64,000 nucleotides of DNA from Naegleria gruberi (taxonomy: Eukaryota), in assembly GCA_000004985.1 (NCBI GenBank), contig GG738855.1, one strand, 5' to 3'. A model generated the notes under the pieces. The model ran no database searches. It saw only the letters and a list, made by a program, of their open reading frames with translations, and had not been told where the DNA came from. Each line of letters opens with the position of its first letter. The first letter of the stretch is position 1. Position numbers and translations under genes: made by a program. Shown here in pieces: positions 22,183 to 34,379 of the stretch.

Positions 22183-23181
22183 TCAGTAATTAAATTGAGG
22201 TTGAAACTTACGAATATTAATATTACCAAATATCAGATCCGTATAATTAGACGAAAGTCCATCAATTTGATCCAAAAGAATGTGGCTCAGCTCGTCAAAT
22301 GTAGAACTAGTTCTTAAAAACGGATGGGCAATGTTAGTAGCCCCAAAGTTGTTGGTATTTCCTAAACCATAAACGGATAAAAGTTCTGATAAGTAGTATC
22401 CACAAATTTGTACAAAATAAATTACTCTAGCTCCAGCTTGAATATTATAATAAGTTTTGAGTGCGCTTACTGCATTTCCATTAATTTCATTATAAAACAT
22501 TCCCAAACAAAATGGGTTGACTAAAACCAAAACCATGACTGAAACTATGAGGGTGTACTTGGCTTTGGTAATTTTCGAAATCAAACTGGAATCAAGTGAA
22601 GAGTCAATAGATGATTGCTTGGAAAGTGACTGATATATTCTAGCTATCTTGTCTCTTGGAGTCTCCTTCTTGATTGTTTTTACCAATCTTTTAAGGTAGT
22701 ACTGTCTGTAAAGAACAGTAATAATGAAGCACATAGCGATTGGCAACAATGCTAAACTACCAGCTACGAGATAGATTTGAAAATACGATAATAATGAAGT
22801 TGTGGATAATTGGCTAGAATCTACATAATTCGAACAAAATGCAGACAGAACATCAAATGCATTATCTCTGTTACTCCAATAATACATGAAACTATAGTCC
22901 TGTATAGAATTCATGAAAGTACCATTAATAACAGACCTAACGAGCTGATCTCTTGTTGATTGAGAAATTGTTGTGGAGTTGGACAATAACAATAAATCAT
23001 TGAGAGGAAAACTTTCTTGGATTCTTTCTAAGAAGCTTTTCAGATTATTGGTAAATTCATTGACTGATATTCTTCTTATTTGCACTGTACCTGAATAGTA
23101 TCCATTGTCTCTAATCGTAGGAATTAATGCTGTGTGTTCTCCTGCACCGTAACTATTTATGAAATTAGCAAAAGAGCTCAA
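22183..23181 (-). CDS. Middle exon block (extracellular/luminal plus TM) probably belonging to the same receptor-type gene as 20676-21836 and 23344-25563
   Basis: 332-aa ORF with a C-terminal TM helix. It is flanked by short gtaagt…ag introns (for example an intron at ~23140-23178 and a donor at 23338-23343). Confidence 0.5.
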   Translation of the reverse strand: MSSFANFINSYGAGEHTALIPTIRDNGYYSGTVQIRRISVNEFTNNLKSFLERIQESFPLNDLLLLSNSTTISQSTRDQLVRSVINGTFMNSIQDYSFMYYWSNRDNAFDVLSAFCSNYVDSSQLSTTSLLSYFQIYLVAGSLALLPIAMCFIITVLYRQYYLKRLVKTIKKETPRDKIARIYQSLSKQSSIDSSLDSSLISKITKAKYTLIVSVMVLVLVNPFCLGMFYNEINGNAVSALKTYYNIQAGARVIYFVQICGYYLSELLSVYGLGNTNNFGATNIAHPFLRTSSTFDELSHILLDQIDGLSSNYTDLIFGNINIRKFQPQFNY

Positions 23182-23343
23182 TAAACTTACGCTGTATAGA
23201 TAGGAGCATCAAAAACACCTTTTTGTGCAAGTAATATCAAATCGTGTAGAACATTCTTGTCATTTTCCATTCTATGAAGATAGTTTTGGATATATTCCTT
23301 TAGTAAGAGTTAGAGAATGTTATATTGGAGGGATACTACTTAC

Positions 23344-25563
23344 CTGAAAGGTTTCTGTTGGGAGACTATCATATTCTGTCTTCCAATCACTTCCATAATT
23401 AATATAATAATTAATTGCACTTTGCATACTTCTGACATTTCTTATTACAGACATTCCAACTTCCTCAGTCAAACAAGCAGAATTCAAGTTTACAACACCA
23501 ACTCTAATCGAAGATCCAATGTAAATAGCAAAAGAAGCGCCTCCTAAACCAACACTGAAAATGATCACAAAAATTAAAATAAACAGACTGTTTCTCAAAC
23601 TTTCGTTTGGTTTGTTCCTAATTCCATTCCTGAACAATAGGTCCTTGTGCATTTCATGTTCTTCTTCTTCGTCTACCTCACTTACTGGTGCTTCAGAGAA
23701 TAAATCAGATTCGGTAGGATCGAATGAAGTTGGTACTACTTGTGACTCTTTTCTAGGCCTTTTAGCACTCATGTACAAACCTCTTGCATCCTTTTCCAAT
23801 CGATTGGCTTCTTCATAGAGGGTTTCAGATTTCACCTTGTCAAACTGAAAAAGCTCAACGTACGTGGCATACAACCTGAGAATCTGTTTACTTCTCTTAC
23901 TTCCCATTAATTCCTCAAACATTTGATTACATTCCACTGTAATCTCTGCAATCTTATTTGCAATCTTTTCAATGGTCGAGTATTGTGGTGATTCTTCAAT
24001 AAGTTCCTTCCAAAAGTCTCTGTGGAGAGACAGAAGCATATCCTGATTGTATTTCAATTCTTTGATGGTTCCATCGTCACCCAAATCAGAACTATTAATT
24101 GATGAGATATTTAGCCTATGCTCTTGCAATTCTAATGATTTGTATAGGGAAATAGTTCTCATAAAAATATTCTTTGAATGTCTAACAATATGGTAGAGTA
24201 TATCAATGGATTTGTCCAAATTGATGCTCTCATCTTCTTCTGCATGAGCTAACAGCATGGAAATGTAAAATAAACATTTAGGATCTCTGATATTCTTATT
24301 TATGAGCGTCTTGGCAGTAAGTAAATATAATTCCCTTTCTGTCACATCTCCAGCAACAATTGCATGCTTTATTCTATGGTATTGACTAAAATAGAAGCTT
24401 AATTTAGAGAAATATCCTCTTCCATGATTCTCTTGCATAATATTTGTACAATTTACATCAACGCATGCAAGAATTGACTTTCTGTCAGATGATTTCAGAT
24501 CAATCCCACTGAGTAGGGTTTTTCTGACTGAGTTGATTATCAAGCGCTGGTACAATTCCATCAAGATTATGAAAATAACAAAGAAAATGATTGCCAAGCC
24601 AAATGTCAAAGGCAGGCCAATTATTTGTAAATAGAAATTATTTCCCTTCAGTATAGTAGAAACCAGTGAACCAATAGAAACGCCTGTTCTAGCACCTGCA
24701 ACAGCAAATAATATTGAATTATCAACAGTATTAAAACATGTCTTGAAATAGAATGTAACTGAAGCAAATATCAAGCTCATTACAATATTCAATGAATCTG
24801 AGATGATCTTGTATTCCAATGGAATTGAAAATATGAGTAATACACCCATAAAGTTTACAATGTCAAGCGTCATAATATGAATGGGATAAGATGAGCAAAA
24901 AGGAACCCTATCATAAGTATTCATGTCACTAACAATCAATCTATTCAGGATTATTAATGCAAAGAGTATTGCCAAACATCCAATAGCTAATACAATTACT
25001 ACCATGTTTCCAGAATCAATACAAGATACTTGATTGTACCTGTACAATAGTCGCTCCAATGTAGTTTCATTAATGAGATTCGAACAATTATAAAATCCCA
25101 CCAGTATGTTTACGAAAAGAGGAGAAAGTACAAGAAGTAAATTACCAAATATCCATAATCCTATTCTTACATATCTAATATTATCGAGTGCTTTCGTAAC
25201 TACCCACACAGAGGCAATGCAAAGAACCAAATTCATCATGACAAACATCATAACACCCAAACCTATTCCAATACTTGCATAATATCCCCACATGTCCACC
25301 AGCAATGTAATGGGGAAATTGATTATTGAATATATTATATTCGAGTATAACTCTCCTACCTCTCCATTTCTAATCGAAGGAATAAACACAGAAATATACA
25401 GAAATAAGGAATGAAACAATAGAGTTGATAGATACCATTTCCATCCACGCTTTGAACCCTGTATCTTTACGGAAAGGAATGTGGAGAGAGTATTTTGGAG
25501 AGTCTTATTATTGAGGTTGGCTCTAATCAAATTCTGACTAATCGAACTGCCAATATCAGTCAT
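23344..25563 (-). CDS. N-terminal multi-pass membrane region of the putative receptor-type gene
   Basis: ~740-aa ORF with at least 8 hydrophobic helices. It ends at a GTAAGT donor (minus strand, 23338-23343) rather than at a genuine stop codon. An ~83-nt micro-exon follows at ~23189-23271. Confidence 0.55.
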
Positions 25564-26058
25564 CCTTTTTTTTAATTTCCTACTCTGATGAATTGTAGAT
25601 GATGAGAATATTAGAAAAATTCATTATATAATTGGAGAGATTATAATTATTATGGATGATTATTGAATCTCTAGAAATATATATATTATGAAATAGAGAT
25701 GGAGATGGAATAATTATAATTTAATAATATTAGCTGTTACGTATGATGGTTAGTGCTGTTTTCCTAATTTTGATCGGATCGTAGCAGTAAAGTGCTCACT
25801 AGCCATCAAACATTTTTACATTTTTTTAATTGTTATGTTTAACGAGAGAAGTGAATTGGTGGTGATATTATTTCCACGTTCCTGTTCAATTACAACAAGC
25901 AATGTTACATCATTCTAATCTAGAATTATAGTGATGATACTCGACTTCCACTATTGAAAACAAGTGAAAATTAAAAACTTTTTATAAATTTGTAAGTTTC
26001 TCTTAAATTTGTTCGATTTGACAAATTGTAAATGGAAATTAAAAGTTACAATTATATC

Positions 26059-29000
26059 TTATGCAACATTCTTTGCCTTCTTCATTCTGGCTCGTATGAA
26101 AAGTGCAATCACAACAGCAAGAAGAACACCAGCAACGCACACGACAACTACTCCACCAACTGATGAGGCTACTACAGCAATTAACACTGTGTTGTCGTTC
26201 ACTAGGATTGGTTCTGAGTTTTCTGGTTCTCTTCCCTTTGTGTTTGCCTTTTTATAGTTTTGGTCAATTACTGCAAAGGAAGTCAAGTGACTAGTTCTGC
26301 AACTCATTGAAAAAGTAACAATATTTGAGGAGGGAGAAAATTTCAAATCATTAATTGTCGTTTCTATGCCGTCTGTCTTCCACTCCTTGTCTGAATTATC
26401 AAAAAACATGCAGGTGAAATTTAATAACGCATTTGTATCTTTGGCAGTTGACAAATTGGAGAAGTACAATTCGATAGGTTCTTCCAGGTCAACTATTGGA
26501 ATTTTCTCATCATTGATATTGAACATGGAAATTGTTACCACTGAACTAATTGCATAAGCTTCCTCACTTGAAGGACCACTTGAAGAAGAAACTGAGCTAA
26601 TCACCTTTACCACCTCAGTTGAATTAAATCCTCTTTCATTGATAAGATAATCTTTCACTGCTGTAGGAAAATTGACTGTTACTGAACTTCCAAACTTTGT
26701 GAACGTGATATTCTGGTTATTAACCTCTTTTAACGAATAAATCAATTCTTTCGTCTCAATATTTCCATTTTGTCCACCACATTTGAAGGTGTTATTGACC
26801 AATTCTAAAGTTCCAATACAGTAAGGAGTGGTACAATTTCTACCAATCCATCCTTCCTTACAAATGCAATTATCAGGTCCAATACATGTTCCTTGATTAC
26901 AAACTCTTTGATCAATCGAAGGAATTCCAAAACAAATTGGAACAGAACAGTCCGAACCAGTATAATTGGCATTTCAGAGACAAGTATTTAATCCAACACA
27001 CGAACCATGTGAAGAACAAACTGCCTCATTATTTTCTGGTATTTCATTACATGAAACCATTTGACATTCCGAGCCAAAATACCCAACCTCACATTTACAA
27101 ATGTTGAATGATTGGCATGAGCCCTTTCCTCTGCAAACTGATGAAGAATTACTTGATTTTCCATAGCAAGATGTGAAATTACATTGAGGACCTGAATAAC
27201 CTTCCTTACAAAGACACGAATCCTTATTGAAACAAGTTCCGTGTGAAGAGCAAGCAGTCAACTCATTCTTTCCAATACCAAAACAATAGAACTGATCACA
27301 TTGGTTACCATAATAACCTAATTTACAAGTGCAGGAATTAGGCGAAGAGCAAATTCCATTTGATGAACAAGTAGAAACGTTTCTATTAGAAAGTCCAAAA
27401 CAAATTGGAATGTCACATGCAACACCAGTGAAATTTGCATTACATTCACAAGTATTGACATTGACACATGAGCCATTTCTAAAATTACAAACTGAAGAGT
27501 CAGTGGATGGGATTGAAAAACAAAGAGGAAGTTGACATGAATTTCCTGTAAAATTTGGATCACATTTGCAAGTGTTCAATTCTGTACAATTTCCATTTCC
27601 AGAACAAACTGAACTATTCGAATTCTTCAAACCAAAACAATAGAAATTTTCACAATTATTACCAAAATAACCTGAATTGCAGTCACAAGTATTGAACCCG
27701 CTGCATTTTCCTCTTCCTGAGCAAACATTAGTTTCATTATTTCGAATTCCATAACAGGAAGTCAACTCACAATTAGATCCTTCATAGAACTCATTACAAA
27801 TACACTTATTAGGTGAAACACACGTTCCTTTCCCACTACAAACTTTAGAATTGATGGCAACAATACCATTACACATTTGAATATCACATTCTGGTCCTCC
27901 ATATCTATTCGAAAGTGAACAGTTACATGTATTATATCCTACACATGTTCCATTTCTATTACAAACGTTTGGATCATTAGAAAGTTTCCCAAAACATACT
28001 GGAAAGCAAGGAGAAGGTGTTCCATCATCATTACAAACTAATCTATGAAATTTCTTAATGGAAGTTCCATCAATGAATAGAAATTGATTATTATCTATCA
28101 TTGTAATACCCATTATGCTTTTTAGAGTTGGAATAGTTCCATCTGGAAGAATAGCTTTTCCTCCAATACCAACAAGTGTTGAGATTATTCCATTGTCAGG
28201 AGAAACCATACGAATCCTTGAATTGTCTGTATCTGCCACATATAAAGTGCCATCTGGAGCCAAAACTGCCGAATGTGCTCTATTTATCGATGCACTATAT
28301 AATTGTTAAAAGAAACATGTATTCGATTTAGACTAAAGTGATGTTAACTTACCTTTTAGCTGGACCGCCATCTCCACTAAATGAAAATGATCCACTCCCA
28401 TCTCCAACCAATGTTGAGATAATATCTGTCGCTTTGCTAACAACTCGTATAGCTCCACTGAAAGTGTCAGCAATCACCAAATCATCTTTTTCACTCAATG
28501 AAATTCCATAACTGAAATCGATTTGAGTTTGAGAGCCAACTACTTGACCATCCCCAGAATAACCTCTTGTTCCACCAATATAGGTATATATAAAACCTGT
28601 TGTTGGTTTGATATTTCTAATTCTGGCATTATTGGTATCAAGAATGTAGACTAAACCAGAGGTATTACTGTAAGCAACAGAGTAAGGGGTGTCAAGTTTA
28701 GCTGCAATGGCTAGCTCTCCATCTCCAGTAAATCCTGCTGATCCAGTTCCTGCAATAGTTGAAATAAACCCATTAGAAACCTTTCGAATTCTATTGTTAT
28801 AAGAATCTGCAATATAAACATCACCTTTGAATGGATCTACAGAAACACCTCTTGGGAAATACAACTTTGCATTGATTGCCAGCACTCCATCTCCAGAAAA
28901 CCCTCCACTTCCAGTTCCGGCTATGGTTGTAATCGTACCATTCAATTAATCTTTCGAATTTTGTGAGCATTTGCATCTGCAATATATAATCTCACCATTA

Positions 29001-29185
29001 GCATAGGCAATAGCATGTGGAAATAAAAATTTAGCCAAGAGAGCTTGACCACCATCTCCAGAATCACCACTTGAAGATGATTGTCCAGCAATTGAAGTGA
29101 CAAGTGTCAGATCATAAACTGCATTGACATGCATAATAGTAATACAAAGAAGAACAATGATCAACAAGAGCACCTCTTTTGCCAT
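26059..29185 (-). CDS. Type I membrane protein: signal peptide, NHL repeats, ~13 tenascin-like EGF repeats, juxtamembrane domain and TM. The reading frame is disrupted.
   Basis: The signal peptide is MAKEVLLLIIVLLCITIMHVNA. NHL units of the form YIADSYNNRIRKV…TIAGTGSxGFSGDG are present. A 60-nt intron lies at ~28271-28330. EGF modules of the form C.G.G.C…N.C.C..GY.G..C are present. The C-terminal TM is …VVVVCVAGVLLAVVIALFIRARMKK. The ORFs 26974-28263 and 26059-26802 share one frame and are separated only by a TGA at 26974-26976. An apparent 2-nt loss in a (TA)n run lies at ~28960-28975. Confidence 0.7.
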
Positions 29186-29336
29186 TTTGTTTCTAAGATA
29201 ATATTGTCAAGTAGTAAGAAATCTACATTTCATTTCGGCTAGTTTCGGGATGTTGAATCTCATTCGAAATAATCTTCCTTTACACCTGAAAAGCGACTCG
29301 TCATCAATGATCAATCTCATCAAAATGACAGTTTAT

Positions 29337-30476
29337 TTAAATTACAACAAGATTTTTCAATACATAATTACATTTGCCATCAAATACTGTTCCTGAAGGT
29401 GATTTGAATCCATTGGTTGTAATAAACAAGACAATTGTGTCAACCAATGAATAAGATTCACTTTCCAATTCGTATTGAACGAATCCATCAGTAAGTTTCT
29501 TTTGAGTAATGCTAAAACTTGGATTGTCTAATGTGTTCATGTACCAAGTTGAGTAACTTGAGCCACTGTTAACAACATTAGTTGGTTTTGAATTTCTGAC
29601 GAAATAACGTTTGATACTCAAGTTGATTGTATCAGTATATGGACAGGATCCACCATTCGCAATTTCAAAACGAATCTTCTTAATAGTTGCTGATCTTGGT
29701 AGTTCAATAGTTAAAGGAGTTTGTGTGAAAGTTCCAATTGAATATTGACTACTACTAGAAGTTAAAGAATGATAGTAATAATCACATCTATAACTATCAG
29801 AAGCACAATATGTAAATTGATTACCAATCAAGAAAACTTTTCCTGCTTTCAAAATGGTAGCATCATGATAAATTCCAGTAAATGAGCTAGTCTTTCCTTC
29901 AATGAATTCAATAAGAGCATTGTCATTGGAAGTGATTTGTCTATTCTTTGCAATCTTGTTAGAAGATCCAGGCTCTAAAAACCATAATCTTTCTTTCAAT
30001 TCTGCAATATCCTTATTCATCACGTCAAACATCAAATCAATTTTTTCTTGTTGAGATATTTCAATCTTCTCCAACTTGAAATTGTACATTAAAAGTGAAT
30101 CTGATGGATCTGGCAATACAATATTAATGACATTTCCATTAATGGAATAGGAAGGTTTGACAACACTCATTGAAACACAACTTTTGTAATATCTAAATTC
30201 TGCCAAATTAGAATTACCATCTTGATAGATGTATTTGTTGTATTGAAGGGAAGTTTCCATTGTGAGGAGAGTTGCGTTTAGTTTCATTGTTACTTGAATT
30301 GTATTCGAATCTTGTTTCTTTTCAATGGTAAAGACGAATTGACCAAAACCTGGACCATCTAGACCTGGTTGACCACGAAGGTGTAGTTGTTTTGCAAGTG
30401 GTGGTTGATATTGCGCACTTGCACAACTGAATAGAACAACGAAAACTAAAGAGATTAGGATAATGTTTAGTTTCAT
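29337..30476 (-). CDS. Secreted protein of an uncharacterised family, paralogous to 46674-47627
   Basis: It has a signal peptide and a short collagen-like GQPGLDGPG segment. Blocks are shared with ORF 46674-47627 (FRYYKSCVSM/FKYYKTCLMN; DVMNKDIAELKERLWFLEPG/EVMMKDIAQLKGMLWFTDRD). Confidence 0.65.
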   Translation of the reverse strand: MKLNIILISLVFVVLFSCASAQYQPPLAKQLHLRGQPGLDGPGFGQFVFTIEKKQDSNTIQVTMKLNATLLTMETSLQYNKYIYQDGNSNLAEFRYYKSCVSMSVVKPSYSINGNVINIVLPDPSDSLLMYNFKLEKIEISQQEKIDLMFDVMNKDIAELKERLWFLEPGSSNKIAKNRQITSNDNALIEFIEGKTSSFTGIYHDATILKAGKVFLIGNQFTYCASDSYRCDYYYHSLTSSSSQYSIGTFTQTPLTIELPRSATIKKIRFEIANGGSCPYTDTINLSIKRYFVRNSKPTNVVNSGSSYSTWYMNTLDNPSFSITQKKLTDGFVQYELESESYSLVDTIVLFITTNGFKSPSGTVFDGKCNYVLKNLVVI

Positions 30477-30839
30477 TTTTTTGTTTGTTTATTCGTTGTA
30501 GTACAAGTGCTGACAGATTCTTAATTGGAAACTAATTAGGATTTTGTAAAGATCTTCAAATTCCAATATGTTTTTAATTGTATTCATTGAAGACATTTGA
30601 CGTATTGAACTGTTGGGAATTCTCATTTTGTATTCTGCAATTAATTTTCAAATCTCTCTTCACTTTATTAATTACAAATTAACTATTTCAATTCTATTTT
30701 GTAGATTGAATTTTAATTGAATTTAATTCGAACAGAATGTTTCTGAAGAACTCTTTCGAACAATTTCGTGTCAAGTTCACAACCCGCCCAAGCTATCAAA
30801 ATCACAGCTCCACTCAAAAACATCTCGCCACACTGTTGG

Positions 30840-33773
30840 TTGTTGAACCACATCAAAAAAATATTCGAAACATGAATCGCACCAACACGCTTTCGTTTCT
30901 TCTTCTTCTGACATTATCCATTCTTCTTTTAACACTTTCGCGTATCCATGCAGCCATCAAAACTTCATCAATTCTTGCCTTTGGCTATAATCATAGATGG
31001 TAAATTCGGTCAGACACCAAATTTTGGTCAAAAATTACCTGTCAGACATTTGACTCTCGAACAGATATTGTTCAACTCTACTGAATCCATCAAAAAAGCA
31101 AAGATATCATCTAGTAACTTACCAGATAGTCTTCTTCCAGTGTTATCGCATGTGAGTGGAAGTAAACAAGGAGGAAATTTTGTGTTTCATGTCAAGTATA
31201 TGAATAATGGTCAATTTGTGAATCAGACAGTGTTTTCATGTGGGAAAATGGGAAAGTTAACACCTCTAGTACCTATTTCGTCAACGCCGATGCCATCTTA
31301 TGGATTTGTGAGTGAAGGAGTTTCGAATTATGGAGACGAAAGATTGGTCAATCAAGAAATTATTAGTTTAAATTGCAAATATTCTTGTATTGCTGTAACT
31401 AATCAAGGATTATTATTCATCAAGTGGCACAATGAAACTAGTTGGAAATTAGTAGAGTTGCCATCAACCTTCACAAATCCATCAAATTATGAAAATGTCA
31501 ATTTGAGAATTTCACAAGCAGTCATTGGAGTTTCCTTAACTGAAGGATCTAACATTGAAGAAACCTTCCTATTACTGACTGATTCTGGATTTGTTTTGAG
31601 TTTTGGATATTGTAATAGTGGTTTGAGAGGTGATTCAACAAGTGCAACAGATTCTCTTTCGTCTAATTCATTCTATACCTTTACTACACTTTCAAATATT
31701 AGCTCCATTGGAGTTGGACCAGGTATTGGCTATGCCATCAATAGCACTGGTCAATTACACGTGTGGGGAAACAATCAAAATGGAATTCTAGGCGATCCTG
31801 ACCCAAATCTCATTCTTTCAACTCCAAAACATTTGGAATTTAATTGTTTCATGAAGAAATTGTCATTTGGTGAGAGTTTTTGTTTATATTTGTGTCAGGA
31901 TGGAAGAGTTTTTGGTAATGGACAAGATGCTGAAGGTGAAATATCAGCAGCACCTGGATCAATTATTTACACTCCTGTGGAAATTACTAGCTCGTTATCT
32001 GCTACATTTAATAGTGATATGATTATTGACATTTCGACTAGTGAAAAAACCAGTTTGGCTCTCACATCAACTGGTAAGATAGCAACATGGGGAGATGATA
32101 GTCAGCTCGCATTTGGAAGAGAAGGAAATGGTGGATACACAATTCCAGCAACATTTAGTTCTCTAAATATTGTAAAGGCATTTTTTGTTTACAATATTGG
32201 AATTGCAATTACAAATACCAATGAAACTTATTATTGGGGATCTAATAGTGCTGGAGAAGCATGTTTGGGTGATTTGTGGTTTGCTGCCAAGCCAACTGTC
32301 ATTCCAACATTGTCAGATGTTTCACAAACACATGTCAATGAAATTTATTTAAGAGCTGCTTGTGGAATGATGCTATCCACAGATGGTATCACCAGTTCTA
32401 ATATCACATACTGGGGGAAATGTAGTTCTGGATTGGATGGTCAATATGTTGATCCAACAGTCGCAGTTTCTGCCACAACCTTTGACAACTCACTTTTTAA
32501 TAATGAAATTCTCAAAAAGTTTGCTCTGTTTAGAGGAACAGCTGTTGTTAACTCTATTTCTGGGAACAGTTATGGATGGGGAGAAGGTAGAGATTATCAA
32601 TTGGGAGATGATTCAAGTCATCCTGTTCCATTAGCACTATCAGTGAATGTTACTGATATTTTTAGCTCTAATCAATTTACAATTTTGGTTAAAAACGATG
32701 GTGGTGTTTATGGATTGGGGACTGTATCTAGCTCTGGAGCATTTGGTTCGTCCGTGCAAATGTTAACCACACTCACAAAATTGGACACTGATTACGTGAC
32801 AAGTGATGGAAGCTCTGTAATTCAAGTTAAAGCTCTAGAAGGTATATCATATCTATTGACATCAAGTGGAAAGGTCTATGGTGCTGGATCCAATGCAAAT
32901 CAACTCATTATTAACAATTCCACAACCAAATTCGAAAACTTTGTAAGAATTAGTGGAGATGATTTACCAGATAATCACAGAATTCGAAAGATTATTGTCT
33001 TTCCAAATTCTCCACTAATATTTATTACCTATGAAGGAGATGCTTATTATGTCTATCAAGGTATTCACAAGTTTCAGCTCCCAAATTCAAACGATTCATT
33101 TGTAATTCATGCATCTTCAAATTATTTGAATTTCTATGTTATTACAAAGAAAGGAAATGTTTACGCTATGGGAACAACTAATGAATTTATGGAAATTTCT
33201 CAAAATCCAATGGTTTCAAGTTTGAATAACATGACATTGTATGCAACAAAGGAATCTCTTGGTGGTGTGCCTTACTTTATTTCCCCTGAAACCAATTTAG
33301 CCATTTTGGCCATCTCTAATGGATGGACATGTAATGGAACAGCCTCTACCAGTGATTCTGTTTGTAATGGACATGGAGCATGTGTCGATCAGGATGTATG
33401 TGCCTGTAAAGAAAATTATGATGGATCCTATTGTGAAAAGTTCACTTGTGGCGGAATTTCCAATGAGGATACAACCACTGTTTGTTCTGGAACAGGAAGT
33501 TGCACATCATTTGACACATGTGTTTGTAAACAAGGATATAGTGGAGCAAATTGTGAAATTCCTTCTTGCTTTGGAGTAGCAAGTAGCAACACTGGAATTG
33601 TATGTAGTGGAAGAGGTCAATGTATGGGATTAGATAAATGCAGTTGCATGACTGGATATTTTGGATCCAAGTGCGAATACAAGGCATGTTATTTTGAAAG
33701 TATAAGCGCCGGTACAGGAGCTATTCTATCAATCAAGAACAAGCTTTGTAGAGATATCAATAAATATCTTTAA
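30840..33773 (+). CDS. Secreted protein with RCC1-like beta-propeller repeats and C-terminal tenascin-like EGF repeats
   Basis: The signal peptide MNRTNTLSFLLLLTLSILLLTLS… is in one frame and the mature protein is in the next frame. The ORF track starts the ORF at 30948. The apparent 1-nt frameshift is near 30990. It has RCC1-like units (HVWGNNQNGILGD, TWGDDSQLAFGREGNGG, YYWGSNSAGEACLGD, GWGEGRDYQLGDD). Its C-terminus is CNGHGACVDQDVCACKENYDGSYCE…CSGRGQCMGLDKCSCMTGYFGSKCE. Confidence 0.7.
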
Positions 33774-34379
33774 TTTTGGAATGTTGTTGGTGCATGTTCT
33801 TTTTTCTGTTGTTTACAAACCATGTTTCTAATTGGTCATGGATACTCTTTCCAGTCGTTCGTCCTTTTCATATTCATTTCTATTAACTGCATTGGATTCG
33901 AATTGAGGAGACTTCCTTCAATTGTTGACTTTTCTAGAATTGGATAATTTATCGTAAATTTATTAAATTATGGTGATGTAAATCTGATGGTGCCATAATT
34001 ATTTGAGCTCCCGCTTCAATCAATTAAGAAATCTTTGGCCAAGTTATAAAATAGGAAGAATAGCAATTATTGGCGCTAAAAAAAGGAAGTTATCTACGGT
34101 TATTTGAATTGAACACCATTTCTAATTCAAAGTAATTGTAACGTGTTGTGAGGAGATTCTTTTGTTTTCCTGTTATCACAATGTGTTGTTTGGAAACTTT
34201 AGCCCATTTACAGTAATTTGTCCTACGCTAGTCGTTTGTTTACCAATTCGGATTGTCATCATTAGAAACTGTACGAAACTTAATTAAAAAAAACACACAA
34301 CAGTTCCTTCTCCATTTCCATCTCATTACTATTCTCACAACTAGGCCTTCTATCAACAACATCAACACCAAAATACTGT

